From Octopus vulgaris (lineage: Eukaryota): a stretch of DNA of 64,000 nt. This document shows, one piece after another, positions 12,881 to 25,724 of the stretch. Each line of letters begins with the position of its first letter. Position 1 is the first letter of the stretch. The notes below the pieces were generated by a model. The model was given only the letters and a program-made list of their open reading frames with translations. It searched no databases and was not told the DNA's origin. The DNA is taken from the NCBI GenBank assembly GCA_951406725.2, contig OX597819.1:62992001-63056000 (forward strand). The letters run 5' to 3'. The translations under genes and the position numbers were made by a program.

Positions 12881-14214
12881 GCATAAATTGCTATAAATAA
12901 TTTGGAGTTGTGCTCCACCTTAAACGATTTCTTCTCAATGATGTTCAGCATTAACACAATACAGGATCCCAACCTGCTTGTGTGGCTCAGAGTCAGTATT
13001 TCTCGATAGCAATCAAAATTAAATACTTATTGTCGTTATTGAAATTTCTTCTGTTTTGCTCCAGGTCAACTGTAAAGGATTTTTCACCATGATCAAATGC
13101 GTTCTGGCTATGACCAATCCTTTACTATAATTCAAGATATTATTTAGCTAGACCGATATTTAGCTACGTAGGCTTGACTCTGATTTTAAATATCAAATTT
13201 ATTGCTTTGTACTGTATTATGTTGGGTAGCAAATACAGATTTCATGAAAGGTCTGAAAATAATTACAAATAATGGAATTTCTTGAATACATCATCAGATG
13301 TATGTATCCTAGTACCACGGACGTACTATGTATGTCCGTACTATGTGTGTGTATATTTACATGTATATATGTGTGTGATTGTATGTATATATGTGTGCAT
13401 ATATCTATGTGTTTATATGCATGAATATATATATGCAACTATCTATCTACCTACCTACCTGTGTGTGTGTGTGTATGTAATCATGACATCATAAAGAAAA
13501 ATGGAGAAGTATACGTCTTCAAAACTTGTTTATTACAATATTATTCTCATTGAATTCAGATTAGATTCCAATCCGACACGTGTTTCTGCTGCATACGTGT
13601 CCTAATATCTTTTGATGTAGCATTTATGTGCATTATATATATTTTATGATTTCACTTCTACAAGGCGATAGTACTAGTCAATTGTGAGGACTCAATGAAC
13701 TTTTGCCTGAAAATAATTCTTTTGACAGAGCGTGATAGTAACGAATAAATGATAAAAAAGAACAGTAGCAACTTCATAAATTTGATTAGTTGAGTGCTGT
13801 TTCTGCTATGAGAAGTCATACAGTCAGAGCTGAGTGCTTGTGCTACTTCAAATAGGTGCTTCGATGCCATGCAATTGAGGTGATGCTACACAAGCATTCG
13901 GCACTCACTGCAGTGCTTCTTATAACAGAAATAATTACATGCTGAAGGTGAACATATACCTTCTATACTCGTGCCATTCATTTGTTAATATATTCATACA
14001 TAGAAATATGGAACACTCTCATAGAGTCGAAGTTGTCCACCAATTTCCTTTAACTACTCTGTACAGCTACTGCAGCAAAAGAAATCGGATAACTTCATAT
14101 CTGTTGCTTGCCAGGAAAATCAGAATTCTATACTCGAGTGTTCTATACGTATGTATAATATATTACGTTCCTCTATTTCAATGAAGTTCTACACACATAC
14201 ACATCGTTACTCGT

Positions 14215-14367
14215 TATATATGAAAGCATATATATACATACATATATTTACTTTTCGCAAGACGATATATATATATATATTCATATATGTATGTATATAT
14301 ATATATATATGTATGTATATTTATATATACGTATATATATGTAGGTATGTGTATATATATATAAATG

Positions 14368-14414
<47 letters not shown>

Positions 14415-14498
14415 ATATATATATAAATGTATGTATGCATATATATATATGTGTCTGTGTGTATATATATGTATATATATATATATATATATGTAATA

Positions 14499-14538
<40 letters not shown>

Positions 14539-14826
14539 CACAACATATACATATACACATACAAAAATACACGCAGAAACACACATACTGGCATATACTG
14601 TATGTATATATATATATATATATATGTATGTATATACGTATATATATTATGTATGTATATGTATATATATATATGTTTTATGTATATATATACGTATGTG
14701 TAAATATAATTATATATATTTGTATATATATATATATATGTATATATACATAAGTATATATAAATATGTATATATAAGTATATATATACGTATGTATATA
14801 TATGTATATATATAAATGTATGTATG

Positions 14827-14900
<74 letters not shown>
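14215..14900. repeat. Compound (TA)/(TATG) microsatellite
   Basis: Seen directly. Confidence 0.95.
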
Positions 14901-14902
<2 letters not shown>

Positions 14903-15504
14903 CACCTGGAAGTTAAATTGTCATATAAGTATTCGTATATTTTGGCATATCTTTCCATCAATCTCTTTATCTTTTTTCTCCCCACTCTCTTACTGTATGT
15001 AAGTCCGTATGTATGCCTATAAATGTTCCTATATATCTTTCTGTCTGTCTATCTATCACTTCACCCATCTATCTAATTCCAATTACCATTTGAGCAAAAA
15101 ACTCGGTTTCTGCTTAATTGTATCAACCACAACCTCAACAACATTTGTTAAATTTCCCATAACCAACACCGCGGATATCTCTCCATTTTTCGCTTGAAAT
15201 AACTCTAAATTATTGTTTGTTTTATCATACTATTTCAGTTTTATTCAGTAGAATTTTAAATTTCCAGTCATTCTGTGTTCATTTTTTTTTTTTATTTTTC
15301 TTAGTTCAATTTCTCAATTTATTTCAAATCTTCTGGAATAAATTCATTTCAGATATTTGCTTGAATTTTTTTTTTATTTTAGTGTATGTGTGTTGTATAC
15401 TATGTTGTTGTATGTTTGCTGTTATCTAATTTTTCTTGTTTATTATTATCGTATTTATTATTTGGCTCGTTTTTTTCTGTATATATATATGTGTGTGTAT
15501 ACAT

Positions 15505-15550
<46 letters not shown>

Positions 15551-16366
15551 GAGTGTGTGTGTGTGTATGTATGTGTGTGTAAATGTATATAATATGTATA
15601 TGTGTGTATATATATGTATGTACTTGTTTGTGTATTGTGTATATCTTTTTTATATGTTTGCTGGTATGTTGTCTTTTAAAAGTCAGTTACCATTAAAGAT
15701 GTCGATGAATATGTAAGGCAAAAAAAAAAAGAAACGAAAAATGATTATCGACAACAACAAAAGAAACAGCAACAACAACAATAAGAACACCAACAACAAT
15801 AATCGAAATTCAAATATAGCCAACCATAATAAGAAAGCCGCTCAGCTTAAAGATATTTCGAAGTGTGATATGCACAGATGGATCACTATACGATGCAATA
15901 AATTACCAATGTGCGAGTTCCTGGATCGCATCTTGACGATAACGTCACATGGCATGGCATTGCTTATGTGTCCATGTTAACCAAATGTCCATATCGAAGT
16001 AAACCGTCCACATTTTATGAAAACTCAGTTTATATTGTGAAAGTTCACGAAATATATTAAGCATTAATATTCTCGAAATTGTGCAGTGTATTATCTTCGG
16101 TTCATTTTATTTTATTCTGTATTACAGAATTACGATTGGTGCATAATCAAGTCGATGGTTCCTGTTTCCAATGGGTCAGTCGCTGGTTCGATGAATTTCT
16201 GTTGGCGAAATTGTGGCAAGGAAGTGCCTATTTCGGTATTGTAGAAACAGCTCAAGATATATGATTCGTCAGACATTGTTAGTTTATTCCGCAGTTTTAT
16301 GACCGTCGTATGTCAACAAAAAATACGCATGCTAACAATTACCATTAATATTCCTACAGACATACG

Positions 16367-16800
16367 TAGGAGTGTGTGTGTGATAAGTAGCTTGCTTACC
16401 AACCACATGGTTCCGGGTTCAGTCGCATTGCATGGCACCTTGTGTGTGAGTGTGTGTGTGTGTGTGTGGGTGTGTATGTTTGTGTGCCTGTGTTTGTCCC
16501 CGAAAGTAGGAAAGGTGGAGCCGACTTCGGCGGGATTTGATTTCAGGACGCAAAGACTGACAAAATGCCGCTAAGCATCTTTTAGTTTCCTTGATAATAT
16601 TAGTTTACTCCAAAAGGCACCGAACTGGCAGAATCGTTAGTATGCCGGACGAATTGGCGCTAGTTCACCTGAGTTCACCTTCTGCCGAAGTCGATTCTGA
16701 TTTACAAGCTTTCGGGGTCAATAACATCAGTATCACTTGCATGCTGGTGTCGATGTAAACGACTTAACCCGTACGGCTGACCTTGTGTTAAATTGTAGCC
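16367..16800 (+). mobile_element. Cluster of SINE fragments from two families
   Basis: AGCTTGCTTACCAACCACATGGTTCCGGGTTCAGTC head at ~16385; decayed GAACTGGCAGAATCGTTAG...CTTTCGGGGTC copy at 16615-16800. Confidence 0.65.
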
Positions 16801-17956
16801 TTTATTAATTTACCAACTGAGATGAGAAACCTCTGCTCCGTAGTTAGCTGTCTATCATTATATCGACACGAAATGTGATATTTAAAGTGACGATAACATG
16901 AAAATCATCAACAAAATAGTAATTTATTGGTATGAAGAATGGACAAGGAGAAAATGACATAATGTGACGTTGCAAAAATGAATGATACAAATCCGTGAGA
17001 GAGAGAGAGAGAGAGAAAGAGAAAGAGAGACAGAGAGAGAGAGAGAGAGGAGAGAGAGAATTGAAGAAAAAGAGATAACGTGTCTATCGAGCCGTGGAAA
17101 TAGTATGATGATGATACTTGGTGATAGAGAGATTGATAGAAATACAGGGAGGATAGAGGGAACAGAATATAAATATATGTATATATATATAAAAACATGG
17201 CGCTATACTGAATCAGCGACTGAAGGACAGAAATCAGTAGAGCGAACGAAAGAAAGAAAGAGAGTGAAAGTGTGTGAGTGTGTGTGTGTGTGTGTGTTTG
17301 TGTGCGAGAGAATGAGACAGACAAAAAGAGAAATAGGGTGATAAGGCGAGTGAATATGAGTAAGAAGTGACCAAAAAATTGTCACACTGATATATATGGG
17401 TAGACAAATATATATAGATTGAAAAAGACATAGAGAAAAAAATGAGAAGATAGAAAGAAAGAAGATAAAAAATATTTGCAAAAATATATTAAAAATAAAT
17501 ATTAAATCCGTTATTATCAGCCGCTTTCTCAAAACTTCTCATAGTTCATTTGATTGATTTCGTATTTATAGAAGCGCATCGGATATCCGCCATTCTGACT
17601 TCACATTGGTGACCTTCATTCTACCCCAGATTCACAGTCAATAGACAGACAAGTAACGGGTTCTGCCCCGCCATTGCAACTTGTCAGGATTTTCACATCG
17701 TTGATTCATTTCTCCAAAAGAAAAAAAAAAGAAATAAAAGAATGAATTTATATTTTTATGTACAAATATTATTTTCTAAGTAGATTTTTTCATTCCAAAC
17801 AAACCATGAATTATGTTTTTCAATAGATTCACATTCATGCAGTGAAATCCATATATACATATATGCATCGTATATAGATATACATATTCATATCTTATCG
17901 AGAATCATGGATACACAGATATAAATCCCCACATATCTGTGTGTATATATGTGTTC

Positions 17957-17993
<37 letters not shown>

Positions 17994-18581
17994 TATATGT
18001 ATCCATATTTCCATGTGAAGATCTACACGCTTTTAGCGAGATAGGTGATCATAGTTCCAATGCTGCCGAGGCTGGTTAATTATTTCATCCTGTTTTCTAC
18101 AAAGAAAATCGTCAGCTGAGATAGAATTTATCCCTTTTCTGTATCTCAAGCTCTCCCATGCTCATAATCTCTTTTTCTCTGTGTCTTTTTTCTCTGTCAC
18201 TCATTTGTTCCAGAAGGAATCGCTTGAGTCAAACCATAGCAAGAAATGGTTTTCAGTTTTTCTAATAGTCGACAGTACGACGATGAAGTCGTTGGGGCAC
18301 CGTCATCAGGAATTAGAGCCCAGCGCAACACAATCTCTCTCTTTCTCTCAACTTATGTATCTATCTGTCTATCTAGCTATCGATTGATCCATCCAACCCT
18401 CTTCCAGATGCACATACAAGCTCTCTTATACACACGCACGCGCATCTTCGTTTTGGGATCACCACTACCTTATTATTACCCCTTCTTCCTAGCTCTCATG
18501 TGTGACTCTCATGTGTTCGCCATGATAGATCACTAGCCACTACACATTCTTTATTTTCTCTCCTTGTTTCTTTCTGTGTTC

Positions 18582-18619
18582 GTTTCTGTGGAAGAGCGTA
18601 GGCTCGAAACGTTAAAAAC
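18582..18619 (+). ncRNA. Minimal hammerhead-like motif with altered core (CUGUGGA)
   Basis: GTTT-CTGTGGA-A-GAGC GTAG GCTC-GAAA-CG-TT-AAAA; stem II intact, palindromic AACGTT in stem III. Confidence 0.5.
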
Positions 18620-18714
18620 TTTTTCACTTTCCGATCGTTATACTAATACATCTGTTTGTTGTCTACACCGCCTGTCTTCGTCTTTTGCTTTTTTGTGAAT
18701 TTTCCCCCACTATA

Positions 18715-18783
<69 letters not shown>

Positions 18784-18984
18784 GTAAAAGTCAGTGGTAC
18801 GTCAGTGCACCAATATTTACTGGAAATAGCAGTCGATAATATACGACGCTATGGTAAAGCTTCACAGGGAAGCAATATTACTGTATTGCACAATTAAATA
18901 ATTTTGTCGTTGAAAGTATATATATTTTTGTGTGTGTGTGTGTGTGTGTGTGCGTGTGTGCGCATGTGTGTTTATATATACAGC

Positions 18985-20130
18985 TATGATGGTGCGGAAA
19001 AAGCTGATCTTTTAAGTCTCTATATTCTAGATGTCCTTAGGAAAGTAATAAAAAAAAGCTAATATAATTTTATTTAAGGACGATGTCCTGGCAGTGCTAC
19101 ACAATAAAAACGGACACGATATGGATTGAAAAAGGTAACAATTATACCAAATATTTAGCTAATTAGTTCAACAACCACAATTAGTTCCAACCTTAAAAAA
19201 GTCAATTTCCTACATATTAACATTAACCTTAGCAAAGGTAAATTAAAACCCTACCATAAACAAAATGTGTGAACCTCGTATAAGGTCATAGGCTCCAAAC
19301 ACCAGCAGTCAATACACAACTAGTCAACAATATTAGCAGGGGCGTCTCCAATTTATCCGCCGATAAAAACACCTTTAAAAAAGCCGTCCCATACTATAAT
19401 GTTGCATTAGAAAGGTTCAACTTCAAGAATATCATAAACTGCATTTAACCAAATACAAGCAGACCAAGAAGAAGCGGACAGATGAAGATCTTATGGTTTA
19501 AGCCACATTATAGCGTGAATGTGGACACTACAATCGCTAGGATATTCTTAAAATAATTAGCCAATCACTTCCCCGACATTCATTCAAATACCATTAGATT
19601 TTCGACGGAAACACTGTTAAAGTTAGCTATGTTTGCCACCCTAATATAAGGTCAACAATACTTAACCACAATAAAAATAAACATATCAGAAATATTCCCG
19701 AAAGATATAGTAACTTCAGACCTTCCAACTGCTTTTTTCTGTTCCGAAAAAAGAACCTGTATACGAGTGTAAAGTGACAGAACTCAATGGAGTAGCGAAG
19801 AAGTATATCAGAATGACGGGTAACTCATTCAAGGAAAGATACACACAACACCTGGTGTCATTCAGAGACAAAAATGAAAATTTAAACACGACCACCTCTA
19901 TCCAATATGATATGGACATTGAAGGAAGGTAGTATAAGAACCACCCCAAAAATGGAACATCATTGTTAAAGCCAGAAAATAGAGAGAACGGAGTAGCATA
20001 TGTGAATTACGTATCATTAAAAATCTAAATAGCATACAATCAACAGATAACATCCTAAATACAAGGGATGAGATCTTCTCTCCTTGGATACACGAACAAC
20101 ATTTCACACTTAAATATTTCAATGACGAAC
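18985..20130 (+). pseudogene. Old, decayed Penelope-like RT + GIY-YIG relic
   Basis: Peptides readable across frameshifts (DGAEKADL, VNFL, KPYHK, AVPYYNVAL, ILWFKP, VYECKV...KYIRMTGNSFKERY..H..SF) are colinear with the ORF at 50624-51933. Confidence 0.8.
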
Positions 20131-20647
20131 CGCCCCTTAGCAGTTAATCCATGACAATTTCCTGGACGTGAAATTTGAATATCCAAAACACGCGAACTAT
20201 GCCTCCATGACGAACTAACTCAGTGCACAATCATATGAATATCACGTACATCTAGAATAATATAAGATAATTCAAATAAATTTACCATCCAGCATGACTA
20301 CTTTGCCCAAAAGCCCAATCCAAGGCCGATAACCACTCAAAAGTTGTCACCCAAGAGTAGCACCCTTTCATTATTTCTTGTTTACGAGAATCTTCACGAA
20401 TTCAACGAGACTTTGTGTTTTCATTCAAAATGGAGACGGAAACCATCGTTCCTGAATAGAATAATAAGACCTTTTTTATTTTCCTTGACCTGAAACCAAA
20501 TTGAATAGAGTCTTCCTATAATATCACAAGTATTCGAGGCGGCAAGTAGGCTGAATTGCTGGCATGCCGGACAAATAAAAAGTTTCTGTCAACCAATGCT
20601 GTTTGAGCTCACATTTTCCTCGTTCGATATTTACGTATGCATATAAG

Positions 20648-21040
20648 TAGTGCGGCTGTGTGATAAGAAGCTTGCTTCCCAACCACATGGTTCCGGGTTC
20701 AGTCCCACTGCATGCCATGTTGGGCAAGTGTCTACTAATATGACCTCGGGCCGACCAAAGCCTTGTGAGTGGATTTGTAGAATGAAACTGAGAGACGCTT
20801 GTATATATATATATGTGTGTGTGTCTTTGTGTCTGGGTTTCTCCCCCTGCCATCTCTTGACAACCGACGTTGGTATGATTATATCCCCGAATTATAGCGA
20901 TTCGGCATATGTGACCGACAGAATAAGTACTAGGCTTACAAGGCCTGAGGCCTGGGGTCGATTTGTTCAACTAAAAGCAGTACTTCAACATGGCCGCTGT
21001 CAAATGACTGAAAAGTGTAAAATAATAAAAGAATAAAGGA
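20648..21040 (+). mobile_element. tRNA-derived SINE with CORE-like segment (head type 2)
   Basis: GGCTGTGTG..AAG..GCTTGCTT..CAACCACATGGTTCCGGGTTCAGTCCCACTG...TTGGGCAAGTGTC; internal microsatellite; tail GTCAAATGACTGAAA. Confidence 0.85.
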
Positions 21041-21069
21041 ATATATTATACATATACATACATGCATAC

Positions 21070-21120
<51 letters not shown>

Positions 21121-21189
21121 TGCATATTTATATACATACATATATATATATATGTACATACATACATATATATATGCATATGTATATTC

Positions 21190-21405
21190 ATGTATACACA
21201 TACATATACATTGCCTATGTTTACAGCTCTATCTATCTACTTATCTCTATCTCTTGCTCTGTATATAAATATATATATATATATATGTATGTACATACAT
21301 ACATATATATATGCATATGTATATTTATATATACACATACATATACATTGCCTATGTTTACAGCTCTATCTATCTACCTATCTCTATCTCTTGCTCTGTA
21401 TATAT
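21190..21405 (+). repeat. Local tandem duplication, period ~138 bp
   Basis: CATTGCCTATGTTTACAGCTCTATCTATCTAC.TATCTCTATCTCTTGCTCTGTATA occurs twice. Confidence 0.85.
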
Positions 21406-22349
21406 ATATATATATATAAGCATGCACAAGCATACGTATATGGCTAGATACGAACGTACATACACATTATATTTTCTCATATTCGAAATATACATCCAAA
21501 CAAACAAAATCATTTGAAAGAAATGTTTTTGTTACAGACTATTCTCTCTGAGAGTTATTAATAATTTAAACTACTATTGATTTTTGAATATCATTGAATT
21601 CATCTAATTTATCAATATTCAAATATACCGAAAACAATATATTCTTGTGGACAGTTTATGCTAGCCTTATTCATACGACTTTTGAATTATCGGACGAACC
21701 TCGTATCACAACCGCGTCATTATTCTATCGAAGAAAGTTATTGAAATCTCGTCTATTTTGTCTACATAAATATATATTGGCATCTTTGAACAATATATTC
21801 ATATGATAAAATATCTTTTAGTGAATATATCTCATATGTTTCAAAGTGGCGGTGTACAATCAAAGTTCAATGTTGTATGTCTTTCATGATATGTCTATCT
21901 ATGTCCAAAGGATCATTGATTAAACGGTAAGAGTGTTAGTGGTTGCAATAATTTTAATGTAAAATTTGTCGTGTCACGAATCCAAGGCAAGAAATATAGT
22001 CACCTCTATAACATTTAAAAGTATCAGGAAAAATTTCATCGAGTACTGTATACATTTTAATATGCAATTTTATTGTTTCTCCTCATCATTAACAACACCT
22101 CGACCGGCATTATTTTCCCAGTTCCAACAGACTGTTACAAAGTTTCTATAATGTGTAAGTGGGGGAGATCACAACACTACTCTGCTGCAGTGCTATTAAT
22201 TTATAGCTGAATGAACTGGAGCAACATGAAAGGGTGTATTTTACTCATGAGCTTACGCCAAGACCAGTTCAGGTATCGAAACCATATTCGTGCGGTCGTG
22301 CGTACAACGCCTGTTTCTCAAAGCCACATACTTCTGACCTTTTTATATT

Positions 22350-22772
22350 TATTTCTTTACTACCTACGGGGGCGGGGTGCTAAACATAAAGGGGGCAAAC
22401 AAGGACAGAGAAAAGGATTAAGTCGATTACGTCGACCCCTGTGCGTAACTGGTACTTATAAACTCGACCCCGAAAGGATGAAAGGCAAAGTCGACCTCGG
22501 TGGAATTTGAACTCAGAACGCAACGGCAGACCAAATACCTATTTCTTTACTACCCACAAGGGGCTAAACACAGAGAGGACAAACAAGGACAGACAAACGG
22601 ATTAAGTCGATTATATCGACCCTAGTGCTTAACTGTTACTTATTTAATCGACCCCGAAAGGATGAAAGGCAAAGTCGACCTCGGCGGAATTTGAACTCAG
22701 AACGTAGTGGCAGACGAAATACCGCTAAGCATTTCGACCGGTGTGCTAACGACTCTGCCAGCTCGTCGCCCT
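22350..22772 (-). mobile_element. Two head-to-tail SINE copies (one 5'-truncated, one full)
   Basis: Minus-strand head GGCGACGAGCTGGCAGAGTCGTTAGC...GTTCTGAGTTCAAATTCC, central CCTTTCATCCTTTCGGGGTCGA, tail GCCCCTTGTGGGTAGTAAAGAAAT; the unit boundary is at ~22540. Confidence 0.88.
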
Positions 22773-22994
22773 CCGACAATTTTATATTTGCGCACATTAA
22801 TTTAACAAGACATTTCTACATAGGTTTCTGGCACCAGAGACTTATTAAGGATATGTTTGAATAACATCACACCTCCATGTTCATTTGTTATACAATCTCT
22901 TGAATGCCAAATTTTCTAAGAAAATTGAATAGAATCTTCCTATAATATGTCAACTATACGAGGCGGCAGGCTGGCAGAATTGTTGAAAATGACG

Positions 22995-23473
22995 ATATTC
23001 GGTAAAACCTATAAAAAAAGTTTTTCTTTATATATAAATATAACAGTAAGGGTTTAGCAACAAGTTGCTTGACCACATCCCGAAAATTTTAGTAATAGCA
23101 CCCAAAAGACATTTCCGTTTTCTTCAAAATATGTCTCCACAGACAACAATATAAGGGGTAAGTTCTCCTAGCATCTTCACATTTATAATTATCGAAATAT
23201 TATGTTGACAAAGGAAATGAGTCTTATGATTCATATCCAGAAACGCGTCCATAATTAATCGAAGACTGATTTCCTTATTTTTCTTCTTTTTTGCCATGTG
23301 TGAGTTACAAATATTGCTGTCTGTGGAGACATATTTTTGTAGAAAAAGGAAATAGTAGTCTTTTGGCTGCTATTTCTAAAATTTTCGGTATGTGGTCAAG
23401 CAACTTGTTGCTAAACCCTTATTGTTATATTTATATATAAATAAAAACTTTTTGTATAGGTTTTACCGAATAT
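22995..23473. mobile_element. Fold-back element: ~160-bp inverted arms around a 158-bp spacer containing a hammerhead
   Basis: 22995-23152 is an imperfect reverse complement of 23311-23473; the arms share motifs (GCTGCTATTTCTA, GTATGTGG) with the PLE 3' region at 49655-49695 / 52450-52495. Confidence 0.85.
23199..23255 (+). ncRNA. Type I hammerhead ribozyme candidate, U3-A8 core variant
   Basis: Stem I ATTATG/CATAAT; core TTGACAA; stem II GGA.ATGAGTC-TTAT-GATTCAT.TCC; GAAA; palindromic stem III ACGCGT; GUC site at 23247-23249. Confidence 0.7.
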
Positions 23474-23554
23474 GGTCCTTTTCCATACCGAAAACCTACT
23501 AGGTGAAATTTGTTGATTTTATTAAATTAATAATTTTTCACCCTATATCTATAA

Positions 23555-23617
<63 letters not shown>

Positions 23618-24147
23618 CATTTACACTTGTACATTGTTATGAATGTACGCATACACTTACATACAGATGTGTAGGTATTTTTCTGAATTATAATACGTTG
23701 CACGTTCACAACAGTCCACACTAGTCCACAGTGCACATCAGAACTCAGCGTCAACATACATAAGGAGGAGGTATACATAAAGACTCCCTACAAAGTATAT
23801 TTTAGTGTAAAACACTGGCTGACTCATGAGACATTTACTATGTTTGTACATATCCCAGAGGCTTTGTGATACGAAGTAGAGAAATCTATAATCGCTTTTA
23901 ACAATGATTGAATTGACGCTCCTTTCTAGTTTCCCCTCAAGACGGTTTGGTTTTTTTGATTTTCGCTGATAGATATTCAGAAGTTTCTGGACAAGTGGAC
24001 TTAATTGCTGCATCATAGAAATTATCCACAAAAGGCCATCACTTTATCCTGTTTCCACATAGATGCAGATGTATTTCAAATGTATATACATACATACATA
24101 CATATTTATATATATATATATCTTGATAGATAGACAGATAGCTAGAT

Positions 24148-24213
<66 letters not shown>

Positions 24214-24231
24214 ACACATATAGATTTATAT

Positions 24232-24271
<40 letters not shown>

Positions 24272-24343
24272 CATATATATGAGGTGGGTTCTATGTATCT
24301 ACAATTATAAACACGAAGAGAAACACGCATTCTTTTACAAATA

Positions 24344-24396
<53 letters not shown>

Positions 24397-24963
24397 GTAT
24401 GTACTCACGTATACACACACACACACACACATCTGTCCCGTAGCGAACGGGATTCGATATTCTTAATAAATCAATCCCAAGAGATCACTGCTAAATCTTA
24501 ACATTCAGTTTCTGGGATTATCTTCTTACCTCCTCCTCAACATTGACAAACTTTCGTGTTTTTTTTATCTATAGACAGAAGAACAATGGACACCCTTATA
24601 GTCATGTAGTGAAAGAACTTTTCCAAAAGACTTTATCATACAATAATCCGAAGTTGTATCACGTCGGTAAGTTATTGATATATTTCGACAGAGAATGGTT
24701 GTACAATGATGAAGGGAATAAGATAAAAAGGAAAAAATTATTAATGGGAATACGAAAAATAAGTTTCCCGCTCAGACCCACACAATGAGACATATACACT
24801 CACACACACATGTAAAGATGCATAATAATATAAATGAACACGTACGTCTTTACACATATATCCATTTACATATATACATATATACATATACATACATATA
24901 TATATATATATGTATAGAGTGTTAGGTGTTATGTACAGAAATTGAATAACGACAAAAATAAAT

Positions 24964-25213
24964 CGTCAGAGTTTTAGAAAAAACGCCTTTTATTTCTTTA
25001 TTATTATTAGCGTTTTCGTTCGTTTCTCGAACTCGTCAAGTAAAATTTTGTGAATGTACAAACAGGTTCTTCGTTTATATAAAAACATCTGTTATATATA
25101 AATGAACAAGTTGTTTGTACATTTACAAAATTGTATTTGACTAGTTCGAGAAACGAATGAAAGCGCTAATGATAATGAAGAAATAAAAAGTTTTTTTTTC
25201 CAAAATTCTGACG
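24964..25213. mobile_element. Imperfect 250-bp fold-back element with a decayed hammerhead motif in each arm
   Basis: Arms are reverse complementary about ~25088; left arm (minus) TTGACGA-GTTCG AGAAA CGAAC-GAAA-ACGC-TA; right arm (plus) TTGACTA-GTTCG AGAAA CGAAT-GAAA-GCGC-TA. Confidence 0.75.
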
Positions 25214-25226
25214 GGTTTTTTCTTCA

Positions 25227-25280
<54 letters not shown>

Positions 25281-25724
25281 CTTTTACTTGTTTCAGTCGT
25301 TTGCTGCGTCCATGCTGGAGCGCCTTCTTTAGTCGAAGGACTTATTCTTTGTGAGCCTAGTACTTATTCTATATTGAGTTTCTATTAAAATCTCACAAAG
25401 AGACGATGGTTCAAATAAAGTTGTGTACATCTATACCCGTTTGTCTAAACGTAAATGTGAGAAGACGTTTCCTTTGGCAGCAGTCCTGGAAGAGAAATTA
25501 TCCTTATAGAAAATATGCAGGCTGAGAAATAAATTCTTGGAATATGGGACATTTATATTTGTATCATTACGCTACGTCATTATCAGACACTGAATTTGTC
25601 GCTCGAAGATATTCAAGCCCAGTAGTTCTTCTATTTTGGTATGAGAAATAAATAATCACACTCAAAATTATTTACAGATAATTTAACATAAGCAAAAGGT
25701 TTACATATACACACAATTTATTCT

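Noticed and set aside
12658-12972. Poly-Y/poly-V/Cys-rich ORFs, also the poly-I/L/N ORFs at 42052-42632
   Set aside because: Translations of trinucleotide repeats
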